NCBI GenBank assembly: GCA_031291955.1
Contig: JARLIA010000013.1
Coordinates: 21,512 to 85,511, forward strand
Direction: 5' to 3'
DNA from: Minisyncoccota bacterium
GTDB taxonomy: Bacteria; Patescibacteriota; Minisyncoccia; Moranbacterales; UBA2206
Length of the DNA stretch: 64,000 nt
Shown: in pieces, positions 30,352-40,573 of the stretch
Numbering within the stretch: the first letter of the stretch is position 1
Layout: each line of letters starts with the position of its first letter
Made by a program: the position numbers and the translations under genes
The notes under the pieces: generated by a model
The model's database searches: none
The model's input: the letters and a program-made list of their open reading frames with translations, nothing else
What the model was told of the DNA's origin: nothing

Positions 30352-31203
30352 ATGGACGGAAAAAAAGCCAAAGTTACGATAATAATTCTCCACTACAAAA
30401 AGACGGATCGGACGATTGAAAACGTCAATTATTTGTTGCGGCAAAAAACTGATTTCGGCTTGAAAATTGTTCTGGTGGATAATTCCGGAAACGAAAAAAA
30501 CCGCCAGCGTCTAGTTGAAAACTTCGGTCAATGCGAAAATATAGAAATCCTTGTTAATTCCCAAAATCTTGGATACACCCGGGGGAGTAATGCTGCCAAG
30601 GGCCATGAAGAAGGGGATTATATATTTTCGGTAAGCGACGATGTCCTGTTCAAGGAAGAAGACTCAATGCAAAAGATCGCGGACTATATGGATTCTCATC
30701 CGGATATCGCGATTCTCGGGCCGGAACAGATCAATGATGATGGAACTGTCACTATGTCAGTACGAGCTTTTCCCAAGCTATATTTGCAGGTATCCAGAAG
30801 AACGATTTTTCGGAATCTGCCTGTCCTGCGGGACAAAATCGCGCATGACGAAATGCGCCATTTGGATTATTCCAAAATTCAGGATGTTGATTGGCTTCAA
30901 TCTTCTTGCTATATAGTCCGGCGGGATTTTTGGGAGCGGATCGGCGGATATAACGAATATTATTTTTTGTTCATGGCGGACACTGAGATGTGCTTTCGCG
31001 CTTGGGAAATGGGTTATCGAGTAGTATATTTTCCCGAAACTAAGGTGTATCAGGACGGCCTTCGCGTCAGCCGCGGCGGATTTTTTGATTTTTTTCGGAG
31101 CTGGGCCATGCGTCAGCACGTTCTGGATTCTTTGAAATACCGGCTGAAACATTTCGGGAAAGGCAATCCGCGGGAGAAATATTATAAGTCAAAAACATAT
31201 TAG
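30352..31203 (+). CDS. GT2 glycosyltransferase (WbbL/rhamnosyltransferase-like)
   Basis: VDNS, NLGY, VDWL..S, GGYNEYYFLF. Confidence 0.85.
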   Translation: MDGKKAKVTIIILHYKKTDRTIENVNYLLRQKTDFGLKIVLVDNSGNEKNRQRLVENFGQCENIEILVNSQNLGYTRGSNAAKGHEEGDYIFSVSDDVLFKEEDSMQKIADYMDSHPDIAILGPEQINDDGTVTMSVRAFPKLYLQVSRRTIFRNLPVLRDKIAHDEMRHLDYSKIQDVDWLQSSCYIVRRDFWERIGGYNEYYFLFMADTEMCFRAWEMGYRVVYFPETKVYQDGLRVSRGGFFDFFRSWAMRQHVLDSLKYRLKHFGKGNPREKYYKSKTY

Positions 31204-31278
31204 CATGTTAACATATTAGCATTTTAGCAATTCTTGTCGTGTTTTGCTAAAATGTTAAAATGCTAAAATGTTAATATG
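31203..31278. repeat. Inverted array of 8-nt units (TGYTAAAA) ending on a start codon
   Basis: CATATTAGCATTTTAGCA (31212-29) is the 17/18 reverse complement of TGCTAAAATGTTAATATG (31261-78). Confidence 0.7.
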
Positions 31279-32463
31279 ACGAATGTGAACGGACTGCGGC
31301 AAAAAATTGAAAAAGCGTCATCGATGCTGAGGCAAAATGGTATTATTGGCGGCGGGAAAATAGTTTCCGGTTATTTGAAAACATATTCGAAGGCTTTTTT
31401 CGTTGGTTCCGGCGATATTTTGTTTGTGACCGGCGGAGTGGGAGATAAGGCTCATTATCGGGCGTTCGGTCCGGCCGAAGAACTCACGCGTCATGGTTTC
31501 AAATGCGCCGTGACGGTGGCGGATAATCCGAATCTCCCCAAATGTGCCGATAAGTTCAAAATATTTATTTTTCATAAAGTAAATTTAAGCAAAAAAGCAG
31601 AACAACTTGTTTGCGAAATCAAAAAACAAAACAAAGAAATTATTTTCGACACCGACGATCTGGATTTTGATCCGCGCTATTTGAAAGACATGGATTATTT
31701 TTCCCGGATCGGTCCGGCTGAGCGGGAAGAGTTTGAAAAAGGCATCGGTTCTTGGCTACTTTATGATTCGTATGTTAAAACTTGCACGACCACAGTTTCC
31801 TATTTGGCGAATAAACTGAAAGAAAAAGACAAAAGAGTAATTATCGTGCCGAATAAATTGTCCGACAAAGAACTTGAGCTGGCCGATAAAATCATCGAAA
31901 AAAATAAATCAGAAGACGAATTTATACGATTGGGATATTATTCCGGCACGCTTTCCCATAATAAGGATTTTGCCACGATCACGGACGCGCTTATTTCCAT
32001 ACTGGAAAAATATGAAAAAGTGAAATTGATTTTGGCCGGTCCATTGGACACGGAAGACGAGCTGAATAAATTCAGTGACCGGATCGAAATTTTGCCGCGT
32101 GTGCCACGGGATAAATATTATGAAAATTTATACAAGTGCGACATTAACTTAGTACCCTTGGAATTTGGTAATCCGTTCTGTGAATCCCGCTCGGAAATAA
32201 AGTTTATTGAAGCTGGAATATTAAAAATTCCGACGGTAGCAGTCAAAAACCGAACCTATTCCGAAGCGATTGCGGATGGCGCCGACGGATTTTTGGCTGC
32301 AAGTACGGAAGAATGGATTGAAAAACTGTCAAAATTAATCGAAGAAGATAATTTTCGGAAATCAATGGGTGAAAAAGCCAGAGAAAAAGTTTTGAAAGAT
32401 TACACGAATAAAAATAGCCATGATCAAGAGTATTACGATTATATAAAAAGCAAAATTCGGTAA
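31276..32463 (+). CDS. GT4-like glycosyltransferase
   Basis: FDTDD, GYYSGTLSH..DF, DINLVPL, SEIKFIEAG. Confidence 0.85.
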   Translation: MTNVNGLRQKIEKASSMLRQNGIIGGGKIVSGYLKTYSKAFFVGSGDILFVTGGVGDKAHYRAFGPAEELTRHGFKCAVTVADNPNLPKCADKFKIFIFHKVNLSKKAEQLVCEIKKQNKEIIFDTDDLDFDPRYLKDMDYFSRIGPAEREEFEKGIGSWLLYDSYVKTCTTTVSYLANKLKEKDKRVIIVPNKLSDKELELADKIIEKNKSEDEFIRLGYYSGTLSHNKDFATITDALISILEKYEKVKLILAGPLDTEDELNKFSDRIEILPRVPRDKYYENLYKCDINLVPLEFGNPFCESRSEIKFIEAGILKIPTVAVKNRTYSEAIADGADGFLAASTEEWIEKLSKLIEEDNFRKSMGEKAREKVLKDYTNKNSHDQEYYDYIKSKIR

Positions 32464-32496
32464 GGAGAAAAAAATATATAAAACAAATATCTGTTT

Positions 32497-33294
32497 ATGC
32501 CGGAAACAAAACTGTCCATCATCATTGTCGCCTATAACAGCCATAACCACTTGGAGCGCTGTGTCACGTCTTTATATGAAAAAATAAAGCTGGCAGATCT
32601 CTGGGAAATAATTTTGGTCAACAACGACCCCGAGCGCGACGTCCACGAGCTCGCGGTGGATTTTTCCCGTGTGAAAATTGTCGACCATCGGAAAAACGTC
32701 GGTTTTGGGTCGGGTGTCAACTTAGGTGCCCAAGCGGCGAGTGGAGAGATCCTGTTTTTTCTGAATCCGGACACGGAAGTATTGACCGAAAATGTCGCCG
32801 AGGTAGTGGAGGAATTAGAGGGCAATCAGGATATTGGCATAATCGGCGGACGGATAATTGACTCTGCCGGCCAAAGCCAGCCGTGGAGCGCCGGCCGCGG
32901 GATATCTTTTTATGATCTGGTGCGGAACAATCTGGGCGTGAGTCGGAGTAAATTCATTTGGAGCAGTTCCCGGAAATCCGAATGTGATTGGGTAGCTGGC
33001 ACGGCCTTGTTTATGGCGAAAGAATTGTTCCACGAGCTGGGGGGATTTGATGAGCGATTCTTCATGTATTTTGAGGATATGGATCTTTGCCGGCGAACAA
33101 AACTCAACGGCCGAAAAATTCTGTTTTTTCCTGATTTCAAAGTTTCCCACGATTCCGGCGCCAGCTACGTCGACAAAAAATTGCAAAAAAGACACTACTA
33201 CGACTCGATGGAAAAATATTTCCAGAAGCATTGCAGCCGGGGGAGTTTTCTGGCCGTCAAGACCTCGCGAAAACTTTTGAAAGGCAGAGTCTAA
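32497..33294 (+). CDS. GT2 glycosyltransferase (WbbL-like)
   Basis: IIVAYNS, NVGFG.G.N, LNPD, GGFDERFFMYFED.D. Confidence 0.9.
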   Translation: MPETKLSIIIVAYNSHNHLERCVTSLYEKIKLADLWEIILVNNDPERDVHELAVDFSRVKIVDHRKNVGFGSGVNLGAQAASGEILFFLNPDTEVLTENVAEVVEELEGNQDIGIIGGRIIDSAGQSQPWSAGRGISFYDLVRNNLGVSRSKFIWSSSRKSECDWVAGTALFMAKELFHELGGFDERFFMYFEDMDLCRRTKLNGRKILFFPDFKVSHDSGASYVDKKLQKRHYYDSMEKYFQKHCSRGSFLAVKTSRKLLKGRV

Positions 33295-33313
33295 AAATAT
33301 AGTTTAAAATTAA

Positions 33314-33356
33314 AAGCACAAAAAAACCGGAATTTAGCTCCGGTTTTTTTGTGCTT
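33314..33356. terminator. Bidirectional intrinsic terminator
   Basis: AAGCACAAAAAAACCGGA...TCCGGTTTTTTTGTGCTT between convergent genes. Confidence 0.85.
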
Positions 33357-33361
33357 GTTTT

Positions 33362-34930
33362 TTAACTTCCGCCCAAGCCCACGATGCCTAAAAGATAAGT
33401 TGGTTCGGGGAAGGTGATGGAGTAGAGGCTAGTGGATTGGCCGCTTGTGTCGGTAAAATATATTCGGCTCAAGGAATTGTCGCATATGGCGAAAGGACTG
33501 GTAAGCGTGGTGCTGAAAAGATCCAGGCAATTCCGATGATCCCGCGAATCCAGTTCGATGATTTTGGCATATTGACCATCGCTGAAAATAACGTGCTCGT
33601 AGTCACTGTACCACTGAACGTTGCTGATCGGCTCGGAATAGCGAGTGATATCTTGCCGTTCGTCCTCGCTTCTGGTTGGCTGCACGGTCCAGTCGCGGGT
33701 GAAATAGACCGAAATTTCATAATTGCTCCAGAAGAGCAATTTTTTTCCGTCGTTGGAAAATTGAGCGTCGACGATTCCGGAATCCAGCTGTTTGAAATAA
33801 GTGGCGTGATCGCCCTGGTTGTAAACATAAAGATCGCCGTCTGGCGTGAGAAAGGCGATTCGGGAATTGTCATAAACTGTCAGCCTGGCTATGTCTTGAT
33901 TTCCAAAACCGGGAAACGTGCTGGTGATTTGGTTCGGATTGCCCGAACCGTCCAGATTTTTTTCAAAGACCAGGTTATTAGGCGTCTGGACATAATAGAC
34001 GCCGGATGAGGAAAGATCATAAGCGGAGACGCCGTCAGCGATTTTAGTGATGTCTCCCTGAGTTTGAATGTTGGCCCGGTAAAGGGTTTTGCCGATCAGG
34101 AAAAATAAGCAGCCTTTTTCTTTCGGGTCCCAGCGGACAGCGCGGATATCATTGCTATCCGAATTCAAAGTGTCCGCGTTCAAGAATTGTTTGAGATCGA
34201 AATAGGTGCCGTCTTTGGGGTTGGCGATGGAGTAATCGTAAGTTGTCGTATTTTTTGGGGTTTTGAGAGTCGAAACGGTTGACGGACCGGAAATATTTTG
34301 GTTGTCGGTGCTGTCCGTAGAAACTGTTTTTTTTACCGGGACGGAAATATACGCTTCGTCCGGACCCCACTCGATGTTCTCGTGCCGGTCGTCACCGGCA
34401 AACTGCCAGCCAGGAAGGCTTAAATTGGTCGTTGTCTTTTTGGCGCTGATATTGAAAATCCCGACGCCCAGATTCTGGCTGTTTTCGGTCGTGTAGGCAA
34501 GGAAGTCGTTTTTGGGGGCGATGAAAAACTTTTGAGTTCCGTCGGCGCCCAGCCGGGTTTTAGGATAATTGTTCCGGGCCAGGACCACGTTCCAAAACTC
34601 CGTGGCCAAACCCGAAGATACATCGGCCTCTTTGGTCCAGGTTTGAAAACCCGGAGCGGAGATGGCGATGTTATAGTTTTTCGGAATCAGTCCGCTCAGG
34701 TTGACTGAGTTATTAATCTTGTTTATCTGCTGTGAATCAGTCGGTTTGCCGTCCAGTGTAACGCTGATGTTTTGGGGGTTTGATTTGAATGTGATCGTGC
34801 CGGAATATACAAAAGCGCCCCGGCTGGTGTCGAAACGGTAGCCGGCGGCATTTAGTACTACGAGAGGAATTGTCACCAGGCACAGCAGGGTCAATATCCA
34901 AAAAAAGACGGTTCTTCTCCATTTTTTCAT
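33362..34930 (-). CDS. PEGA-domain plus beta-propeller surface protein
   Basis: TM then GYRFD..G.I..KSNP; L.P..Y.I.IS.PGFQ.W.K (PEGA); repeated propeller blades (FSNDGKKL, WYSDYEH, IELD). Confidence 0.75.
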   Translation of the reverse strand: MKKWRRTVFFWILTLLCLVTIPLVVLNAAGYRFDTSRGAFVYSGTITFKSNPQNISVTLDGKPTDSQQINKINNSVNLSGLIPKNYNIAISAPGFQTWTKEADVSSGLATEFWNVVLARNNYPKTRLGADGTQKFFIAPKNDFLAYTTENSQNLGVGIFNISAKKTTTNLSLPGWQFAGDDRHENIEWGPDEAYISVPVKKTVSTDSTDNQNISGPSTVSTLKTPKNTTTYDYSIANPKDGTYFDLKQFLNADTLNSDSNDIRAVRWDPKEKGCLFFLIGKTLYRANIQTQGDITKIADGVSAYDLSSSGVYYVQTPNNLVFEKNLDGSGNPNQITSTFPGFGNQDIARLTVYDNSRIAFLTPDGDLYVYNQGDHATYFKQLDSGIVDAQFSNDGKKLLFWSNYEISVYFTRDWTVQPTRSEDERQDITRYSEPISNVQWYSDYEHVIFSDGQYAKIIELDSRDHRNCLDLFSTTLTSPFAICDNSLSRIYFTDTSGQSTSLYSITFPEPTYLLGIVGLGGS

Positions 34931-35095
34931 GGTTACAGTGTAGCTCGGAAATGCTTTTTTGTCCACCCGTCTGAAATAAATAGCAAACCTTGCCATATCG
35001 CTTCCGGGATATTATACTGGAGTTAAGATTGAAATTACTAAAATAACTCTATCCGTCTTGGGCTCGCAGAGCTTAAGATTGGGCAAAATTGGCAC

Positions 35096-35698
35096 ATGTC
35101 TGAAACATTGGAAAATCTGTTCGGCTCTAAAGAGAGGACAAGACTGCTGCGCTTCTTTCTTCAGAATCCGGAGCAGACGTTTGATCTGGCGGAAATTATC
35201 AAGAAAAATATGTTGAACTCCAGTCGGACGCGGAGCGAATTGGCCGGCTTGGTGAAGATAAAATTTGTTCTGAAGAGGGACCGGAGGGGAAAAGTTTTTT
35301 ACGAGCTTAATCCGGAATTTATTTTTTATCCGGAGCTGAGAAATCTTTTTGTGAAAGCCAATGTCTCGCCGCATTGCAAGGGTTTGGCGCGAGTAAGCAA
35401 GATTGGAAACATCAAGCTGGCGGTCGTCTCCGGCGCTTTTATTAATTATGGAAAAAGCAAGGCGGATATGATTCTGGTCGGCGATAATGTTTCCAAGGCC
35501 AAGCTGAAAAACCTGATGAGCGCTTTGGAAGCCGAAATAGGCAAGGAGATAACGTTTGTCCTGATGACGATGGAAGAATTTAAGTATCGGCTCAATATGC
35601 TCGACAAATTTATCCTGGAATTTCTGGAAGGCCCGCACGAAGAGTTGATTGACAAAATTCCGGGACTGAAAAGATTCATCGCGCAGAGAAAATTATAG
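35096..35698 (+). CDS. wHTH plus degenerate nucleotidyltransferase-like domain protein
   Basis: LFGSK.R.RLLRFF HTH; SGAF...ADMILVGD; EEFKYR. Confidence 0.6.
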   Translation: MSETLENLFGSKERTRLLRFFLQNPEQTFDLAEIIKKNMLNSSRTRSELAGLVKIKFVLKRDRRGKVFYELNPEFIFYPELRNLFVKANVSPHCKGLARVSKIGNIKLAVVSGAFINYGKSKADMILVGDNVSKAKLKNLMSALEAEIGKEITFVLMTMEEFKYRLNMLDKFILEFLEGPHEELIDKIPGLKRFIAQRKL

Positions 35699-35712
35699 CT
35701 TGTAAATGTAGC

Positions 35713-36822
35713 ATGCTTTATATACTTATCATTATCACCATAGTTGCCATAGGATTTTTAGCAATCCTTGTTTTAGACATGAAGAAGAAGATGGGCGGCG
35801 GACAGGAGGATGAGAGGACGGCGGCTATCCTTGAGCGGTTGGCGATTATTTCTGAACAGAATCGAACCTTGTCTGAACAGAACCGGGAATTGAGAAATGC
35901 GGTTGACATCAAATTGGCCGAGACGCACCGGGCTACGCAAGACCAGATCAGCCACACTATGCGGACGATGCAAGGCATCACCGGACAATCGGCCAAGCAG
36001 ATTGCCGACGTGGTGGCGGGGCTGACTAAGTTGGAAGAGACTAATAAGCAGGTCGTCAATTTTTCAGCCCAACTGCAAAACTTGCAGGATATTTTGAAAA
36101 ATCCGAAGCAAAGAGGAGTGCTGGGGGAATATTTTCTGGAAGAAACTTTAAAAAATGTTTTGCCGCCCAACGCTTATCAGATGCAATACGGCTTCAAGGA
36201 TGGAGTGATTGTGGATGCGGTGGTGTTTGTTCAGCAGAAGATCATTCCGATCGATTCCAAATTCAGTCTGGAGAATTACGAAAGGATTCTGGCGTCAAAA
36301 GACAGCGAGGATCGCGAGCGGTGGGAAAGAATATTCAAACAGGATCTCAAAAACCGGATCGACGAGACTTCCAAATATATCAAGCCCTCCGAGGGGACGA
36401 TGGATTTCGCTTTCATGTTCATTCCGTCCGAAGCGATTTATTACGATTTATTGGTCAATAAGGTTGGCGCGGCACAGGTTTCCACGCGCGATCTAATCGA
36501 ATATGCCTTTAAGGACAAGAAAGTGATCATCGTTTCCCCAACGTCTTTTTTGGCCTATCTTCAGACGGTGATGCAGGGCCTGAGAGCTCTCCAGATCGAA
36601 GAAAGTGCCAAGCAGATCCGGACCAACGTGGAAAAATTGGGCCGCCACATAACGACCTTCGATGATTTCATGAAAAAAATCTACAACAGCCTGGGCACCA
36701 CAGTTAATCATTTTAACGCCGCTTACAAAGAATTTGGCAAGATCGATAAAGATGTGGCTAAAATTACCGAGGGTGAGAAAACGATCGAACCGATGGTGCT
36801 GGAAAAACCGAAAGAGGATTAA
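35713..36822 (+). CDS. rmuC: DNA recombination protein RmuC
   Basis: KQRGVLGE..LE, IDSKF, KYI, FAFMFIPSE, VSPTS. Confidence 0.93.
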   Translation: MLYILIIITIVAIGFLAILVLDMKKKMGGGQEDERTAAILERLAIISEQNRTLSEQNRELRNAVDIKLAETHRATQDQISHTMRTMQGITGQSAKQIADVVAGLTKLEETNKQVVNFSAQLQNLQDILKNPKQRGVLGEYFLEETLKNVLPPNAYQMQYGFKDGVIVDAVVFVQQKIIPIDSKFSLENYERILASKDSEDRERWERIFKQDLKNRIDETSKYIKPSEGTMDFAFMFIPSEAIYYDLLVNKVGAAQVSTRDLIEYAFKDKKVIIVSPTSFLAYLQTVMQGLRALQIEESAKQIRTNVEKLGRHITTFDDFMKKIYNSLGTTVNHFNAAYKEFGKIDKDVAKITEGEKTIEPMVLEKPKED

Positions 36823-36834
36823 TGTGCATAACGC

Positions 36835-37260
36835 ATGGAGCAGATGACTCAAAAAAGTAATTCGTCGAAAAGCTTGTGGGGAAAAACCAAGCTTTTTTTC
36901 AAAACACGCTTTGCTGGCAATGATTTTTTCCTAAATCATATCGTGTTGTGGCTTCTTTTGTTCGGAATTATCACTAATGCTGCCGACTGGACGATTCTTC
37001 TTGTGTTCATGAATCGCCTTGACGCGGATGTTATTTTGCATTATAATGTTTACTTCGGAGTGGATATGCTGGGAAACTGGAAACTGGCCTTCATGATGCC
37101 GGCCGTCGGGCTGGTTTTGTTTCTGGTTAATGCTTTTTTGGCCGATTATTTCTATCGCAACAAGGAACGAATCGCCAGCTATATTCTGCTATTGGCGGCT
37201 CTCATGGTGCAGTTAAGTTTGATTGTGGCGTCGGCGGCGGTGATTATGATAAATTATTAA
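36835..37260 (+). CDS. Three-TM membrane protein (DUF1648-like)
   Basis: ILHYNVYFGVD..G motif between TM helices. Confidence 0.6.
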   Translation: MEQMTQKSNSSKSLWGKTKLFFKTRFAGNDFFLNHIVLWLLLFGIITNAADWTILLVFMNRLDADVILHYNVYFGVDMLGNWKLAFMMPAVGLVLFLVNAFLADYFYRNKERIASYILLLAALMVQLSLIVASAAVIMINY

Positions 37261-37267
37261 ATTCTGT

Positions 37268-38956
37268 ATGTTTTATTTTCCCGATCCCCAAACTAAAGAT
37301 CCCAAGAAGCGCAAGTGGCAGCGGCGGCTGGAAGTCATTCCGGGGATTTTGACGTGGTTCACGTTGATTGGGATGTTTCTTTTTTCCTATTTGTTTCCGA
37401 TTTATATGGCAATTTTTATCATTGCTTTTGACATCTATTGGATCTATCGGACGATTTTCATCACATATTATTCTACGATCGGATTTCGGAAGTTAAAGGA
37501 AGGCGAGAAAGTGGATTGGTGGGAGCGCTGCCAGAATATTATGCATCCGGAAAAATACGCGGCTATGCTTTCCAAAAGAATAACTGAAATGAAACAGAGC
37601 TTGGCGGAAGGTGGTATTAAATTCCGGGAAAAGCGGATGCTTAAAAAAGAGATTGTTCGTCAGGAAACTTGCCTTGGTGAAGTCCGGGTGCTTGAGAAAA
37701 TCAAAGACCAGATCTGGGATTGGCGGGAGATTGTTCATGTGGTGAGTTTGGTGACTGCCAATGAACCGTCGGAAGTGATTGAGCCGGCTATTCGAGCGGT
37801 GGCCGATTCCAATTTTCCCAACAGCCAAATCATCATCCTTTTGGGCACAGAAGAAAGGGAGCCGGAAGAGAGGCGATTGGCCAAAGTGGACTATCTTAAA
37901 AATAAATTCAAGGGCGTTTTTCGAGATTTTATCGTGACTACCCACGAAGTGTCCGGCAATGAAATGAAAGCCAAAGCTTCCAACGCTACCTACGCCGCCC
38001 GCCGGCTGAAAAAATATTTATCCGAGCGGGAAATTGACTTTAAGAAGGTTATTTTTTCCAACTTCGATTGCGATTCAGTGGCTCATCCGCAATATTTCGC
38101 CGCCCTCACTTATCAATACATCATCGACCCAAAGCGCCTCCAGCGCAGTTATCAGCCGATTCCGATGTATCACAACAATCTTTGGGACACTAATGCTTTT
38201 GTCCGGGTGATTGTTACCAGTTCGAGTTTTTGGCATATTTTCCAAAGCACCCGGCCGGAAGGCATGGTGACATTTTCTTCTCATTCCGAACCGTTCGACA
38301 CGCTTGTCAAAGTCGATTTCTGGCCAGTCAACATGATCAGTGAAGACTCGATTATCTATTGGAAATGCTACACCTATTACAATGGCGACTATAAAGTGAA
38401 GCCGATCTATCTGCCGATTTCGCTCGACGCGGTCCAGGCGAATACCTATTGGAAAACCATCGTGAACCAGTATAAGCAAAAACGGCGCTGGGCTTACGGC
38501 ATTGAGAATTTCCCAGTCATCATGCGAGCCATCGTGCCCAACAAAAAAATCAGTTTTCGGAAAAAATTCAAAGTCGGATTTGAAATGTTGGAAGGTCATC
38601 ACAGCTGGGCGACCGCTTCCATGATCCTGGCTGTTCTCGGGTGGCTACCGCTTATTTTCGGCGGCGACCAGTTCAATCAGTCGGTTCTCGCCCATAATTT
38701 GCCGTTTCTGACGCGTTATCTCATGGATTTGGCTATGACGGGTCTCATCGTATCAATGTCATTGTCTTTTCTTCTTATGCCGCCGAAACCCGCGAAATAT
38801 TCCAAATGGCGCTATACTTACATGCTTTTGCAATGGGTTTTGGTGCCGATTACGGCGCCTCTCTTGGGATCGCTTCCGTCCATTGATTCGCAGACCAGGA
38901 TCATGTTCGGCAAATATTTCGGCGAATTCTGGGTGACGGACAAAATGCGGAAGTAA
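37268..38956 (+). CDS. Membrane GT2 glycosyltransferase
   Basis: KASN, DCD, ISED and QKRRWAYG motifs; flanking TMs. Confidence 0.85.
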   Translation: MFYFPDPQTKDPKKRKWQRRLEVIPGILTWFTLIGMFLFSYLFPIYMAIFIIAFDIYWIYRTIFITYYSTIGFRKLKEGEKVDWWERCQNIMHPEKYAAMLSKRITEMKQSLAEGGIKFREKRMLKKEIVRQETCLGEVRVLEKIKDQIWDWREIVHVVSLVTANEPSEVIEPAIRAVADSNFPNSQIIILLGTEEREPEERRLAKVDYLKNKFKGVFRDFIVTTHEVSGNEMKAKASNATYAARRLKKYLSEREIDFKKVIFSNFDCDSVAHPQYFAALTYQYIIDPKRLQRSYQPIPMYHNNLWDTNAFVRVIVTSSSFWHIFQSTRPEGMVTFSSHSEPFDTLVKVDFWPVNMISEDSIIYWKCYTYYNGDYKVKPIYLPISLDAVQANTYWKTIVNQYKQKRRWAYGIENFPVIMRAIVPNKKISFRKKFKVGFEMLEGHHSWATASMILAVLGWLPLIFGGDQFNQSVLAHNLPFLTRYLMDLAMTGLIVSMSLSFLLMPPKPAKYSKWRYTYMLLQWVLVPITAPLLGSLPSIDSQTRIMFGKYFGEFWVTDKMRK

Positions 38957-38961
38957 ATATC

Positions 38962-40002
38962 ATGTTGCAATATTTATATCCATTTCTAACTTCCTTCCTC
39001 CTGGCAATCTTTTTGTTATTTCTTTTTATTTTTCTTTTTGGCAAAGTGCGCTGGCAAGGAAGAGATTCGGAGCGGCACATCCACCGGTCGGGTGTGTCGC
39101 GAGTCGGCGGATTGGCTATGGTGTTGGCTTTTAATGCTGCGATTCTCTTGGACAAGGAGTTGGTTATTTCGCCGGAACTTTGGGGTTTTATGTTTGGAAC
39201 AATCGCGCTTTTGGTGGTCGGCATCTGGGACGATCTCAAAGAGCTGTATTGGAAGATTCAACTTTTCTGTCAGATCGCCGCGGCCGTTTTTGTCTTTATT
39301 GCCGGTGTCAGAATATTCTATATCACTAATCCTCTGACTGGCGGAATAATCAATCTCGATTCCGGCTTTCGGGTGGTCGTCTCGGCCATGTTGGTTATTT
39401 TGTGGATACTGGTGGTAATTAACGCGCTCAATTGGTCGGATGGCATTGACGGTATGGCCGGCAGTGTCACCCTTATTACGGCGGCTACCATCTTTTTCTT
39501 GAGTCTCGCTCCGGAGGTGAATCAGCCGCCGGTCGCCATTATTTCCGCGATTCTGGGCGGCGTGGCACTTGCTTTTCTGGTGTTTAATTTCTATCCATCG
39601 AAAGTCCTGGCCGGAACTTCCGGTTCGATGTTTATGGGTTTTTCATTGGCGGTGCTGGCGATTTTTGCCGGAACGAAAATTGCCACAGCTATTCTGGTAC
39701 TGATTATTCCGATCATTGATTTTCTCTGGGTTATCGCCCAAAGACTGCGTCACGGTCAGTCGATTTTTCGGCCGGACAAAAATCATCTCCATCACAAGTT
39801 GATGCAGTTGGGCTGGTCGCAAAGGAAGATTACCTTGGTTTATACGGCTATCACAGCCTTAATGGCGGCGCTCGCTCTTAACACCCGCGCGGTTGGAAAG
39901 GGCGTCACTCTTTTATTGGTTGCCATTGCGTCTGTTGCGGTTTTTGTGTTTATAAATAAAAAAACGACTCTGGAAAAATCTGAAAAGCCGACGAATTTAT
40001 GA
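38962..40002 (+). CDS. WecA/TagO/MraY-family polyprenyl-phosphate HexNAc-1-P transferase
   Basis: RVGG, GIWDD, NALNWSDGIDG, FNFYP, HLHHKL. Confidence 0.9.
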   Translation: MLQYLYPFLTSFLLAIFLLFLFIFLFGKVRWQGRDSERHIHRSGVSRVGGLAMVLAFNAAILLDKELVISPELWGFMFGTIALLVVGIWDDLKELYWKIQLFCQIAAAVFVFIAGVRIFYITNPLTGGIINLDSGFRVVVSAMLVILWILVVINALNWSDGIDGMAGSVTLITAATIFFLSLAPEVNQPPVAIISAILGGVALAFLVFNFYPSKVLAGTSGSMFMGFSLAVLAIFAGTKIATAILVLIIPIIDFLWVIAQRLRHGQSIFRPDKNHLHHKLMQLGWSQRKITLVYTAITALMAALALNTRAVGKGVTLLLVAIASVAVFVFINKKTTLEKSEKPTNL

Positions 40003-40424
40003 GAAATAAAATGATAACTTTTTTTGTTGTTCTTTTGGCGCTGTCTTTGGGATTATTTTTTATAGCTGGAAACAATGCCGCAACTGTCGTCATTAACGGT
40101 CAAAAATTTTCGGCTTCACTGGCGACTACTCCGGCAGAGCGACAGAAGGGTCTTGGCGATCGAGACAGTCTTTGCCGAAATTGCGCCATGCTGTTTAAAT
40201 TTGAAAAAAAAGGCGATTACATGTTTTGGATGAAGGATATGCGTTTTGATTTGGATATCATCTGGATTGCCGACGGGAAAATCGTTTATATCGCCAAGGA
40301 TATCTCACATGAAGCTTTGAATACGATCGATCCAAAAACTCCGGCTGACAATGTTCTGGAAATCAACGCGGGTCTCGCGGAGCGCTATGGGTTTAAAATA
40401 GGGGACGCGATTAGCATAAAATGA
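39999..40424 (+). CDS. DUF192 family protein
   Basis: RQKGL, MLF.F, FWMKDMRFDLDIIWI, VLEINAG. Confidence 0.9.
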   Translation: MRNKMITFFVVLLALSLGLFFIAGNNAATVVINGQKFSASLATTPAERQKGLGDRDSLCRNCAMLFKFEKKGDYMFWMKDMRFDLDIIWIADGKIVYIAKDISHEALNTIDPKTPADNVLEINAGLAERYGFKIGDAISIK

Positions 40425-40444
40425 ACTGCCCAAGACTGCCCAAA

Positions 40445-40471
40445 CAAAAATCCCCGTCATGGGGATTTTTG
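40445..40471. terminator. Intrinsic terminator
   Basis: CAAAAATCCCC-GTCAT-GGGGATTTTTG. Confidence 0.75.
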
Positions 40472-40573
40472 CTATTAGAAAGGCAGTAGAGGGCAAAGAT
40501 TTTTGCTTCTACGATCTCATTTCATCTTGAAAGAACAGCAGAATTTTTTATTTTAGACCTTGCGATAAGATCA

